Source of the DNA: Acidobacteriota bacterium
GTDB lineage: Bacteria > Acidobacteriota > UBA890 > WLXD01
Direction of reading: 5' to 3'
Assembly (NCBI GenBank): GCA_963666215.2
Contig: CAXWPL010000005.1
Location: 32,001 to 96,000, forward strand
Length of the DNA: 64,000 nucleotides
How positions within the stretch are numbered: position 1 is the first letter of the stretch; each line of letters opens with the position of its first letter. The notes under the pieces were generated by a model. The model saw nothing but the letters and a program-made list of their open reading frames with translations. It was not told the origin of the DNA and did no database searches. Shown here piece after piece: positions 21,785-31,386 of the stretch. The position numbers were made by a program, and so were the translations under genes.

Positions 21785-23233
21785 CTAGCGCCGCCGCCGG
21801 ACCCCTTCGAGCGTGCGCGGTAGATTCGGGCTGAGCTCGATGTGGGTGCGGTAGACCGATCGACCGGTCCACGTCGAGAGCCGGTGTGCCAGCGGCAGAC
21901 GCGGGTCGTTTTCAGAGCCTGCCTGAGGTTGCGGCGTTCCCCCGAAGCCGAATCCACCCAACGCGCTTTCCTCGCCGTTGGCGATCAGAGTCGCCACTTC
22001 GCCAGGACGCACCTCGAGCTCATCGGGCGCGCGCACGACGCAGTGGTTGCTCGTCACCGGCCCCACGAGCGGACACGGTGTGCCCCGAATCCAGGCGTAG
22101 GCGCCGGCGTCGCCCGCCTCAACGGGGTAGCCATCCGAGTGTCCGACCGGCAGTGTCGCTACGGTTTGTTCAGAGCTCGCGACATAGCCGCGGTGATAGC
22201 CGACGCTGTCGCCCTGGCGCAGCCGCTTGACCTGCACCACGCGACAGCGCAGCGCGGCAACCGGCATCAGGCCAACTTCGGAGTCGACAGCCCGCGAGCG
22301 ATCCGACGGGTAGTGGCCGTACAACGCGATTCCCACGCGAACCATATCCAGGTGCGCGTCGGGGAAATCCATCAACGCCGCGCTGCTGGCCGCGTGCCGC
22401 CGCCCGATCTCGATCCCCGCGGCGCGCGCGCTATCGCAGATCTCCAAAAACCGCCGCAGCTGCACGCGATCGAATTCCGGATCTTCTGTGAAGGTCGTGC
22501 TGACGCCGGCAATCTGCACCCGAGCGCGCCCACCGACGTACTCGATAACCTCGAGCGCCTCGCCATGCGGGACGCCAATGCGCCCAAGACCGGTGTCGAT
22601 GTGAACGTGGAGTCGCAGCGTGCGTTGCTGCATCGCCGCCGAGGCAACGAGGCCCGACACCGATTCGCGTCCGAAGATCACCTGCTCGATGTCGTTCTCA
22701 ACCACGAGGTCCGCGTCGCTGGCGGTCACCACCCCGAAATTCATGATCGGCAACTCGATGCCCGCCTCACGCAGCTGCATCACCTCCTGCGTGTTGGCCA
22801 CCATGAGCGCATCAACTCCAGCTTCGCCCAGAACCCGCGCCATCTGCACGAGCCCATGTCCGTAGGCGTTGGCCTTGACCACCCCCATCACCGGCCGACC
22901 ACCCGCCTTCACGCGCACGGCCTCGAGATTGGTCCGCGCGTTGGGCACGTGGAGGCCAACCCAAGCATCGGATCGCCGCCCCGACGGACCGCCCTGGAAA
23001 CCGAACTGTGATGCCGAGGAGGAGGCCGGCCCCGCCGAAGTGACGTTGGAGCCCGACTCGTTGCCGGCGCCGCGGGTCGTGGCGTCGGCGCTGCCAGGCA
23101 GCACCGCGCCGCTGCCCGCCGCGCCCGCGATCAGCGCGCCACTACCGGCGGAGCGCAGCAGGTCGCGTCGGTTGAGCTTGTTGAGTCGATCGAGCCGGCT
23201 CTTTGCAGCTTCATCGTCGCTTCGCCGCTTCAT
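21785..23233 (-). CDS. alr: Alanine racemase-family PLP enzyme with a twin-arginine signal
   Basis: VVKANAYGHG, HIDTGLGRIG, DMVRVGIALYG, SVGY; N-terminal NRRDLL plus hydrophobic stretch and ADA. Confidence 0.85.
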   Translation of the reverse strand: MKRRSDDEAAKSRLDRLNKLNRRDLLRSAGSGALIAGAAGSGAVLPGSADATTRGAGNESGSNVTSAGPASSSASQFGFQGGPSGRRSDAWVGLHVPNARTNLEAVRVKAGGRPVMGVVKANAYGHGLVQMARVLGEAGVDALMVANTQEVMQLREAGIELPIMNFGVVTASDADLVVENDIEQVIFGRESVSGLVASAAMQQRTLRLHVHIDTGLGRIGVPHGEALEVIEYVGGRARVQIAGVSTTFTEDPEFDRVQLRRFLEICDSARAAGIEIGRRHAASSAALMDFPDAHLDMVRVGIALYGHYPSDRSRAVDSEVGLMPVAALRCRVVQVKRLRQGDSVGYHRGYVASSEQTVATLPVGHSDGYPVEAGDAGAYAWIRGTPCPLVGPVTSNHCVVRAPDELEVRPGEVATLIANGEESALGGFGFGGTPQPQAGSENDPRLPLAHRLSTWTGRSVYRTHIELSPNLPRTLEGVRRRR

Positions 23234-23272
23234 TCGTCGCTCCTCGTCAGCCGTGCGCTGTCGGCCAGTCCG

Positions 23273-23641
23273 CTAGTGGACGAAGCCGATATCTTCGGAG
23301 TTCGGCGCGCCACCCTGCGGGTCGTGAATCTCGCCGAACTGCTCCTGGTACTTCACCAGGTTGTCCTGCAGCGCCGCCACGATCCTCTTGTAGTGCGACG
23401 GCGACACGATCACACGCGACACCAGAGTCCCGCGCGGCCCCTCCCCCGCCGGCGTGACGGCTAAATAGTCGAGCACGAACTCCTCCGCCGTATGGCTGAC
23501 CGACATCAGGTTGGCGTAGCGCCCCTTCAGGTCCTCGTCGCTGGCAGAGATCTGTATCTGGCCAGGGCCGCGGCCCCGCCCCCCGGCGTCGGTGGGCGCG
23601 CTCGGGTTCGTCGGGTCAGCGGGTTCGTCGTCTTGATCCAT
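23273..23641 (-). CDS. DUF3467 family protein
   Basis: GRYANLMSVSHTAEEFVLDY, SRVIVSPSHYKR, YQEQFGEI. Confidence 0.8.
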   Translation of the reverse strand: MDQDDEPADPTNPSAPTDAGGRGRGPGQIQISASDEDLKGRYANLMSVSHTAEEFVLDYLAVTPAGEGPRGTLVSRVIVSPSHYKRIVAALQDNLVKYQEQFGEIHDPQGGAPNSEDIGFVH

Positions 23642-23826
23642 CGGCTGCTCGCTTGTCTGGAAACGCGTGTCGAGATGTAGGGATGAGGAACCACCATGGT
23701 GAACCAGCGCACCCACGCGGTCTACCCGGCGCCGCGACGGCCGCCGCGCGCCCCGGATTGTCGGACCACGAACCGTCCCGAGCCGTCACTCGAGTTCGCA
23801 ACCCCACCCACCGACCACGCGCGCAA

Positions 23827-23855
23827 TTGGCGATCGGCACCCCAGCCGCTATGAT
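23827..23855 (+). promoter_or_regulatory. Putative sigma70 promoter for tRNA-Val
   Basis: TTGGCG-N17-TATGAT about 80 bp upstream of the tRNA. Confidence 0.45.
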
Positions 23856-23937
23856 CAAGTGCTGGCTGAGCACCGTGCCAGGCACTCGACAATCAAACGG
23901 ACCCTCAAGGTCCGGACCCCGCCCCAGAGGCTCTGGT

Positions 23938-24009
23938 GGGCGCATAACTCAGCGGTAGAGTGCCATCTTCACACGGTGGAAGTCGCAGGTTCGAACCCTG
24001 CTGCGCCCA
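23938..24009 (+). tRNA. tRNA-Val (anticodon CAC), no encoded CCA
   Basis: Acceptor GGGCGCA/TGCGCCC, D-arm ACTC/GAGT, anticodon arm CCATC-TTCACAC-GGTGG, T-arm GCAGG-TTCGAAC-CCTGC. Confidence 0.95.
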
Positions 24010-24013
24010 CTCT

Positions 24014-24042
24014 TGTAAGTCTTGTTAAGTTATGGACTTACA
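24014..24042. repeat. AT-rich inverted repeat immediately after the tRNA
   Basis: TGTAAGTC-N13-GACTTACA. Confidence 0.7.
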
Positions 24043-24232
24043 GATACGGAGCCCTTGAGACAGGCGGCTCGACTAACGTCATTGGCGTAATCACGGCGTA
24101 ACTTCGGCCGGCAGATCCGTGGCCTAGCGAGTATCGGTGGCGCCCCCTTCGGGGGTCAGCGACCTCAGCGGGACCGACCATTCCGGAGCGGGCGTCGCGC
24201 CAGCCCCGCACGCCGCACAATCAGCGGTAGGG

Positions 24233-24600
24233 CTACCGAGAGCCGCGGTGGAGCTTCGCTGCCGCCTTACGCAAACGGTCGACGACATCGTCGATTTCGA
24301 CACCGAGCTGCTCGGCTTCCTGCGCCAGCCGATCGACAGACTCTCGGATACGCGCTCGCTTCTCCCTCGCTGTTAGCCTTCGAGGCCCCTCAGCGACGGA
24401 GCTGCCGCCTCCGCTGCGCGTGACAATCAGACCTTCCTCTCGCAGCAGGCCATAGGCTCTCGCCACAGTGTTGCGATTGATTCCGAGGTTAGCCGCAAGC
24501 TTGCGCACGGTCGGCAGACGGTCACCGGGCTTGACCACGCCGCTGGCCGCCATCACGCGAATCTGGGCGACGAGCTAATCGGATATCGGAGTCCCGTCGT
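24233..24600 (-). pseudogene. GntR (YtrA-like) regulator pseudogene
   Basis: DGTPISD*LVAQIR..KPGDRLPTVRKLA..INRNTVARAY; in-frame TAG at 24575-24577; 5' end replaced by an IS3 remnant. Confidence 0.85.
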
Positions 24601-24759
24601 GTCGACACTCGTCGATCGGAGACGTGTCGCCGGCTCAGTACGAGAGGAGGTTCCTGGTCGACCCGGACATCGAGGTGGAGACTGACGCGTCCACCTCTCT
24701 ACTGCTACGACCACCCAAACTCCAAGCGCTCAGGTGTCCACCGAAGTGAGGTAACTCCA
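24601..24759 (+). mobile_element. IS3-family right-end remnant
   Basis: Encodes RHSSIGDVSPAQYERR (OrfB C-terminus) followed by IRR-like GTGTCCACCGAAGTGAGGTAACTCCA ending in CA. Confidence 0.75.
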
Positions 24760-25276
24760 ATCTAATGAGTTACCAAGTGGCCCAAACACATGGGGCAGGT
24801 CAAGCGCTCGCGTAACTACTTCTCGCCCAACCGGGGGGCGGGCCGATCGACTGACCGGCTCGGCCTCGGCCAACCGCGCGAGCGGGATGGATTCGCGCCC
24901 GGGCACCGACGAGGTGCCGAGCCCGACTACTCCTCACCCAATACTGGGGGGCCGGGGGCTCGGCCTGGGCTGGGAGGCCAGCTCCGGTGCTGAGGGTGAG
25001 GCCGGTGGAGGGCGGGACCAGCTGCGCGGCCAGGATAGATGAGCGCCCGAACCTAGAGCGCTGCCGCGTCAACGGACGGCTTCGAGACGAATGCCTCAAC
25101 GCCGTGCTTCCACGCGCCCCCAGAACTCCCGCCGCCGATTTCGGCCTCCTTCGTGAACACCTCGGCGCCGGCGAAGGGCAAGGTCCGATCCGCAGCTCGT
25201 TTCAGATCATCGGCGAGCGACGCGTTTTCATCGGGAGACGCAGTCCTCGACTTGGCGTGGACATGCTCTTGCAAAG

Positions 25277-26723
25277 GGGGATGTCACAGGCTCCGTTGAA
25301 AAAGGGTGACGGTGATCCGACCTCGATAGTGTGTCGGGGTCAATCCACTGGCATGGAGGATCACCGTCATGAGCAAGAGTCGCAGAACAGAGACAAGTAG
25401 GAAAGCGGAGCGCCAAGAGAACCCGCTCCTGGAGGCAGTGGTAGCGGCGCGATCGGATCTACGAGCGCTGGTCATGGACGCGGGCTTCGGGGTGTTGGGT
25501 TCGCTGCTGGAAGAAGACCGGGCGGAGCTCTGCGGAGAGCGCTACGCGCGGTCACAGCAGCGGCGGGCGTACCGACACGGCTACGACGAGGGCTCGCTGG
25601 TGATGGGCGGCCGGCGGGTCAAGGTACGCAAGCCGCGGGCTCGACACGGCTACGAGAGGGCTCGCGTCAAGGTCAAGCCGCGGGCTCGGATGGCCAAGAG
25701 CTGCCGCTGCCGCACTGGGAGAGGTTCAAGGCAACAGATCCGCTCGAAGAGCGCGCCGTAGAGCAGATCCTGTGCGGCGTCACGACGCGCAAGTACGAGC
25801 GCTCGTTAGAGCGGCTCGACGACGGGCGAGCTTCGTCGGGAACGAGTCGCTCGAGTGTGTCGCGGCGGTTCGTAGCGCGTACAGCCAAGCAGGTGCAGCA
25901 GTACCTGGCCCAACCGCTCAATGAAGTGGACCTGCCGGTGCTGGTGATCGACGGCACGCACATGGGCAAGCACTTGTTGGTGATCGCCATGGGCATCGAC
26001 GCGGACGGCGTCAAGCATGTGCTGGGTGTCGTAGAGGGCACCACGGAGAGCTCCCACGTGTGCCGGTCGCTGCTGCGGCAGTTGATCGAGCGCGGCATGC
26101 CCGTCGAACGGGCGCGGTTGGTGGTAATCGATGGCTCCAAGGGCCTCCGTAAAGCAGTGCGCGACACGTTCGGCGAGTGGGCCCTGATCCAGCGCTGCCG
26201 TGTCCACAAGATCAAGAATGTATTGGAGCATCTGCCAGGGCATATCCGGCCCTGGTTCGCAGCCAAGATCCGCAAGGCGTGGAAGGCGGAGACGGCCACG
26301 GCAGCGACCAAGCAGCTCGACGCCGTGGTCAAGGAGCTGGAGACCGATCACCCCGGTGCAGCGGCCTCGCTCAGAGAAGGAATGCAAGAGACGCTCACCG
26401 TCACTCGGCTCCGAGTTCAGGGGCCGCTGCTTCGGACGTTACGTTCAACGAATACGATCGAGAACCTGAACGGGACGATCAAACACGTCAGCCGCAACGT
26501 AAAGCGGTGGCGCTCCGGGAGCATGATCGTTCGATGGGCGGTTACTGCACTCATCGAGGCCGAGAGCAAGTTCCGGAGGGTTCGTGGCTACCGCGACATC
26601 GCCAAGCTCGATGCCGTACTCAACACCGCCGTCGACGTTCCCCTTGAGCAGGAGCGCCGTACTGCGTAACAATCCCCAACCACTTCACCGTCGCCTTAGT
26701 TCAACGGACGGTGGGACATCCCC
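25277..26723 (+). mobile_element. IS256-family element, copy A (transposase 25369-26669 frameshifted)
   Basis: IRs GGGGATGTCACAGGCTCCGTTGAA / TTCAACGGACGGTGGGACATCCCC; 8-bp TSD TTGCAAAG (25269-25276, 26724-26731); net +38 bp versus copy B at ~25644-25690. Confidence 0.93.
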
Positions 26724-27354
26724 TTGCAAAGCGTCGAATAATCTTTAAACATATCAAAAATCAGCATAGACTAGGAACCGATATCAAGACTCATAGTATT
26801 GACCGGTTCTTGGAAACCGTGACGAGAGGCTTCGAGCCCGGGGTCGTGCTCTCCCGCTACCGCGATAACGCGAGCAGCCGCACGCCCGACGAGCAGAGAC
26901 GCCGGCCGAACCATGATCTCGACACCGAATCGTGTACTCAGGTCTTCTCGAATCGAGGTTTCCACGCACACTGCGACACTCCCGGTCCTGCGGCCGGTGC
27001 TGCCGCTCGCGCCTCTCAGCCGACCTGCCCGCTCCAGTGTGAAGCGCGCGATCGACATCGTGGGTGCCTCCTCGCTGCTGTTGCTGACGCTCCCCATGCT
27101 CGTTATTGCCTTCGTGCTCGTGAAGCTGAGCAAGCCCGACGCTTCTGGGTTCTACCTTCAGAAACGCATCGGCGGTGGCGCGAGGCCGTTCATGATGTGG
27201 AAGCTGCGGACGATGGTCGCGGATGCTGAACACTCCGCGGTCGAGCTGCACCGCGTTTCCGGACGTGTCTTCCTGAACCCTCTCTGCCAACGTGGGGTGA
27301 GACGATGGAGGTTGGATAATTACTGAGGAAGAGGGCGAGGTCGGAGACACAAGA

Positions 27355-27846
27355 ATGTCGGAGTTGAGCAACAACGGTGCAGGAGACCACGAGGCCACCG
27401 GACGTCCGGTGCAGGGAGCCGGAGGCGACCGAAAGCGGACGTCGCGCGAGCCCGCGGTCCCGGCCCCCGACCCCCAGTTGGTCGAGCGATCACGGCGCCG
27501 CAAGTTCACCGCCGAGTACAAGGTCCGGGTGGTGCGCGAGGCGGACGGGTGCTCGAAGCCCGGCGAGGTCGGCGCGCTGCTGCGGCGCGAGGGGCTGTAC
27601 TCGTCGCATCTGTCGGTGTGGCGCAAGCAGCGTGACGCCGGGGCATTGGTGGCGCTGGCTAAGCTACGCGGCCGGCCGGCGCCCGATCCCCGAGACGCGC
27701 AGCTTGCCAACCTGCGTCGCCGAGCCGAGCGGGCCGAGGCGGAGCTCGAGAAGGCACGGCGAGTAATCGAGGTGCAGGGAAACGTCTCCGCGCTTCTGGG
27801 AGAGCTGCTCGAGCCCAGGGGCGCCAACGCGACTACCAAGCGATGA
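27355..27846 (+). CDS. IS3-family transposase OrfA
   Basis: RRRKFTAEYKVRVV, LLRREGLYSSHL, coiled coil. Confidence 0.9.
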   Translation: MSELSNNGAGDHEATGRPVQGAGGDRKRTSREPAVPAPDPQLVERSRRRKFTAEYKVRVVREADGCSKPGEVGALLRREGLYSSHLSVWRKQRDAGALVALAKLRGRPAPDPRDAQLANLRRRAERAEAELEKARRVIEVQGNVSALLGELLEPRGANATTKR

Positions 27847-28847
27847 TCGAGCAGACCGTCGAACAACTCACTCCCATCATCGGGACTCGCCCGGCGTGCC
27901 GGACGCTGGGCGCCTCGCACGCGACGATCTACCGCCGCCGTCGGCCGCCTGCGCGCCGACCGAGCCGTCCGCGGCCCAAGCCGGCGAGGGCGCTGTCGGA
28001 GCCTGAACGTCACGAGGTGCTCGCCGAGTTGCATAGTGAGCGCTTCGTCGACTGCGCTCCTGCCCAGGTATGGGCGACGCTGCTGGACGAAGGCCGCTAC
28101 CTGGCATCGGAGCGCACGATGTACCGGATCCTCGCCGCCCAGGGCGAGGGCGGCGAGCGGCGCAACCAGCTCGTGCACCCGCCCTACAACAAGCCCGAGC
28201 TGCTCGCCGAGCGAGTCAATGAGGTGTGGTCGTGGGACATATCCAAACTGCGAGGCCCTGCCAAGTGGACCTACTTCTACCTGTACGTCATCCTCGACGT
28301 GTTCAGCCGCTACGTGGTGGGCTGGACTCTCCAGCACCGCGAGAGCGGTCCCTTGGCCGAGCAGCTCATCGACCAGGCGCTGCTCCAGCAACGCATCGGA
28401 CCTGATCAGCTCACCATCCACGCCGACCGCGGCAGCTCGATGACCTCCAAGCCGGTCGCCTTCCTGCTCGCCGATCTCGGGGTCACCAAGACACACTCGC
28501 GGCCCTACACCTCGTCGGACAATCCCTACTCGGAGGCCCACTTCAGGACGCTCAAGTACCGACCCGAGTTCCCTGCTCGCTTCGAGTCGATCGAACACGC
28601 CCGTCTCTTTTGCCGCATGTTCTTCCACTGGTACAACCACCAGCATCGCCACTCGGGCATCGGCCTGATGACTCCGGCGACGGTGCAGTATGGGCTCGCC
28701 CAGCAGACCCGCGACCGGCGTGCCGAAGTCCTGCTGGCCGCCTACCGGGCGCGACCTGAGCGCTTCGTCAACCACCCGCCCCGACCGCCGGCGATCCCCA
28801 CCGCCGTCTGGATCAACAAGCCTGCCACCCTCGAGAATGCTCACTAA
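27843..28847 (+). CDS. IS3-family transposase OrfB (DDE)
   Basis: WSWDIS, LDVFSRYVVGW, HADRGS, DNPYSEAHF; ATGA overlap with orfA. Confidence 0.92.
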   Translation: MIEQTVEQLTPIIGTRPACRTLGASHATIYRRRRPPARRPSRPRPKPARALSEPERHEVLAELHSERFVDCAPAQVWATLLDEGRYLASERTMYRILAAQGEGGERRNQLVHPPYNKPELLAERVNEVWSWDISKLRGPAKWTYFYLYVILDVFSRYVVGWTLQHRESGPLAEQLIDQALLQQRIGPDQLTIHADRGSSMTSKPVAFLLADLGVTKTHSRPYTSSDNPYSEAHFRTLKYRPEFPARFESIEHARLFCRMFFHWYNHQHRHSGIGLMTPATVQYGLAQQTRDRRAEVLLAAYRARPERFVNHPPRPPAIPTAVWINKPATLENAH

Positions 28848-29249
28848 TTACTCGTGACCACCGTCTCATCCGCGTTGACAGGCACCGGAAGATCGAGAAC
28901 GATCCGCGCGTCACACCGATCGGCAAGCTTCTTCGCCGTTACAGCGTGGACGAGCTTCCCCAGCTTTGGAATGTGCTCTGTGGCGAGATGAGCCTGGTCG
29001 GACCGCGACCGCTCTTACCAACGGATCTCAACGGATTGCCACCGGATGTCGCGCGGGTGCGCTTCGCCGCGCCTCCAGGTCTAACTGGCCTTTGGCAGGT
29101 CAGCGGACGAAGCGCGACGACGGACGTGCGCCGGATGCAGCTGGACGTTGCTTATGTCCGTCATTGGAGCCTTTGGCTCGACCTTCGGATTCTCGCTCGG
29201 ACCGGCCGAGCAGTTCTGCGCGGAGACGGCGCAAGCTAGGGATCGACGC

Positions 29250-29891
29250 ATGACTACCGCAATCCCCTCGACATCCGAGCAACTGCACGGGCGCTGGTGG
29301 CTCGTCGTCGTTGTCGTACTCGTATCGATTGGAATCGCCGCTCTTCTCACCACCCAACAGGTTCCCGTTTACGGCGCTCAAGCAACCTGGGCCGTGGTGC
29401 CGAACTCCGAAGTCCAGGATACAGGAGACATTCTCCGGAGCATCGAGACACTGGAGCGCCGAACACTTCTGGCAACGTTCGCTCGACTGCCCGGAACTCG
29501 AACGGCACGCGCCGAGCTTGAGGAACGATTGGGGCTGGATCCTGGGGGCCTCACCGGCTATCAGCTCAGAGGGACGGTCGTCCCGTATACGAACTTGATC
29601 CGGTTCGAGGTCGAGGGCCCAGACCACCAGATGGTGGCGGAAGCCGCCAACGAACTCGCCCGAAGGATCCGTACATCCGCACGGCCCCTCTATCGTCTCT
29701 ACTCGCTGCGCGAGGTCGAACAGGCGCGGGCCTCGCGGCGACCGCTTAGCCCGGATTGGCGGCGCAATCTCGTGGTCGGTGCGTTGATCGGCATGTTCCT
29801 CGGTACGGGCCTGCTGGTCGGCTCATCGTTCGCCGCGAGCAAGTCAGGTGGCGCAAACGACGGGCCGCGGCTATCCGATCACGAAGCCTGA
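29250..29891 (+). CDS. Wzz/CapA-like polysaccharide chain-length protein
   Basis: Two TM segments flanking a loop; PVYGAQA, PLSPDWRRNLVVG..G..G. Confidence 0.65.
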   Translation: MTTAIPSTSEQLHGRWWLVVVVVLVSIGIAALLTTQQVPVYGAQATWAVVPNSEVQDTGDILRSIETLERRTLLATFARLPGTRTARAELEERLGLDPGGLTGYQLRGTVVPYTNLIRFEVEGPDHQMVAEAANELARRIRTSARPLYRLYSLREVEQARASRRPLSPDWRRNLVVGALIGMFLGTGLLVGSSFAASKSGGANDGPRLSDHEA

Positions 29892-31386
29892 GGCCACGGA
29901 CGTGCTCCCTAGTGGCTCCTCGATGGCCTCGGCGGACAGTCAGCGCTGGGTGCTCACGTCCGCTTCGGTGGCCATCGCACTGGTGGTCGCGAACGCGATC
30001 CAGGTAACACGACCGGAGCTCGTCGAGCTCACCATCTCCGGGTGGGGCAGCGCGGTCGTGGTCTTCACGGCTGGGGCGGCGATTGTTTTGGTTGCGTTGC
30101 GGCTACCCTCCGCAGCGCTCATTGCCCTGTCGCTGGTTGTAACGACCGGCTTCTCACAGGTGCTGGTGCGCCGTTACGGTTTTCCTTCCTTCTTCCAGCT
30201 CCTCGCACCGCCGCTCGCCCTGGTCGCCCTAGCAGAGCTGCCGCGAGGCGGGAGTCGGGCAGTGACGCGGCCCGCGTCACTGTTCGGACTGGGTTTCCTG
30301 ACTTGGCAGCTGCTCTCGAGCACGTGGGCCGCCTCCGCAGCCTACGCTGACAGCGTGGTCGCCGAGACGGGCCGCGGGTTCCTGATCTTCGTGTTCGTCG
30401 TGCTCATCGTACGAAGTGAAGCGCGCTTCCAACTAGTTGCAGGAGCCACCGTAGCAGCGTCTGCTGCGCTTGCCCTCGTGGGCGTCCTGCAGGCGACGAC
30501 AGGCGCCGATTTTGGCGAGTTCTTCGGTTTCGGCCGAATCAAGCTGGCGCAAATCTACGGCGATGTCTTCGAGGCTCGCATCGCCGGACCCTATGGGGAT
30601 CCGAACTTCTTCGCGCAGAGCCTACTGCTTGTGCTACCGCTGGCTATCGGCTTGCTGTGGTCGGCTCGAAGTCGCCGAGCGCGGATCGCCGCGGGCGCGG
30701 CGGCAGCAGTGATCCTGGCCGCGATCATCCTGACCTACTCCCGCGGCGCCGCACTCGCGCTCGGAGTGCTTTCGTTCGTTGTCGTCGCCGCGTTCGGGGT
30801 GCGCAATCGAAGGCGTGCTCTCGCCATCCTCGTGCTTGCGTCCTTACTCTTCGCCGTCTTGCCGAGCGGGTTCGTCACTCGTCTCGCCACGGTGACCGAG
30901 TTCCTGCCCGGTGTGGTCGTCGAGGATCCTGACAGCTCGTTCGAAAAGCGCCGAGTGGTCACCACGGTCGCGTGGCTCATCTTCCTCGACCATCCATTCC
31001 TCGGCGTGGGAGTTGGGAACTACGCGCATCACTTCCAGGACTACGCGCTCCGCATTGGCTCAGACGCGCGCGACTACCTCGCGGCGACCGAGGGGGAGCG
31101 GCAGTACCCGCACAACTTGTACCTGGAGCTTCTTGCGGAGGGCGGACTGGTCGGCCTGTCACTGTTCCTGGGTCTAGTCGGGACGATACTGGGCAGACTG
31201 GCGAGCACCGCAAGCTCCGCAGGAACCTCGAGTCGACAAGTGCTCGTCCGGGCGGTCGGGCTGGGGCTTGTCGGCTACCTGATCTCCGCGCTTTTCCTGC
31301 ACGGGGCCTTCCAGAGACTCCTTTGGATGTTTCTAGCGCTCGCCGTGGCTACGGATCGTCTTGAGGGGCCGGAAGCGGAAGCGTGA
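29848..31386 (+). CDS. O-antigen ligase / Wzy-like polymerase (start may be 29923)
   Basis: Multi-TM; GPYGDPNFFA, TYSRGA, HPFLGVGVGNY, PHNLYLELLAEGG. Confidence 0.85.
   Translation: MAQTTGRGYPITKPEATDVLPSGSSMASADSQRWVLTSASVAIALVVANAIQVTRPELVELTISGWGSAVVVFTAGAAIVLVALRLPSAALIALSLVVTTGFSQVLVRRYGFPSFFQLLAPPLALVALAELPRGGSRAVTRPASLFGLGFLTWQLLSSTWAASAAYADSVVAETGRGFLIFVFVVLIVRSEARFQLVAGATVAASAALALVGVLQATTGADFGEFFGFGRIKLAQIYGDVFEARIAGPYGDPNFFAQSLLLVLPLAIGLLWSARSRRARIAAGAAAAVILAAIILTYSRGAALALGVLSFVVVAAFGVRNRRRALAILVLASLLFAVLPSGFVTRLATVTEFLPGVVVEDPDSSFEKRRVVTTVAWLIFLDHPFLGVGVGNYAHHFQDYALRIGSDARDYLAATEGERQYPHNLYLELLAEGGLVGLSLFLGLVGTILGRLASTASSAGTSSRQVLVRAVGLGLVGYLISALFLHGAFQRLLWMFLALAVATDRLEGPEAEA

Larger units (their letters stand above)
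27260..28887 (+). mobile_element. IS3-family element, intact orfA/orfB (ends approximate)
   Basis: Ends CGGACGTGTC.. / ..GACAGGCACCG plus inner IR TGCCAACGTGGGGTGAGACG vs CGTCTCATCCGCGTTGACA; removal at these ends restores the host reading frame. Confidence 0.85.
26913..29239 (+). pseudogene. Priming sugar transferase (WcaJ/CpsE C-terminal type) split by an IS3-family element
   Basis: 5' part KRAIDIVGA..QKRIG..FMMWKLRTMVADAE; 3' part KIENDPRVT..DELPQLWNVLCGEMSLVGPRP..GLTGLWQVSGRS. Confidence 0.9.

Noticed and set aside
24760-25257. Riboswitch (e.g. c-di-GMP) or gene upstream of the EPS operon
   Set aside because: Only fragmentary motif resemblance and no credible ORF; would need an Rfam scan.
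26784-28844. 686-aa minus-strand ORF and similar long overlapping ORFs (e.g. 167-1261, 21842-23011, 53357-54517)
   Set aside because: Antisense shadows of real genes, expected at high GC; no motifs.
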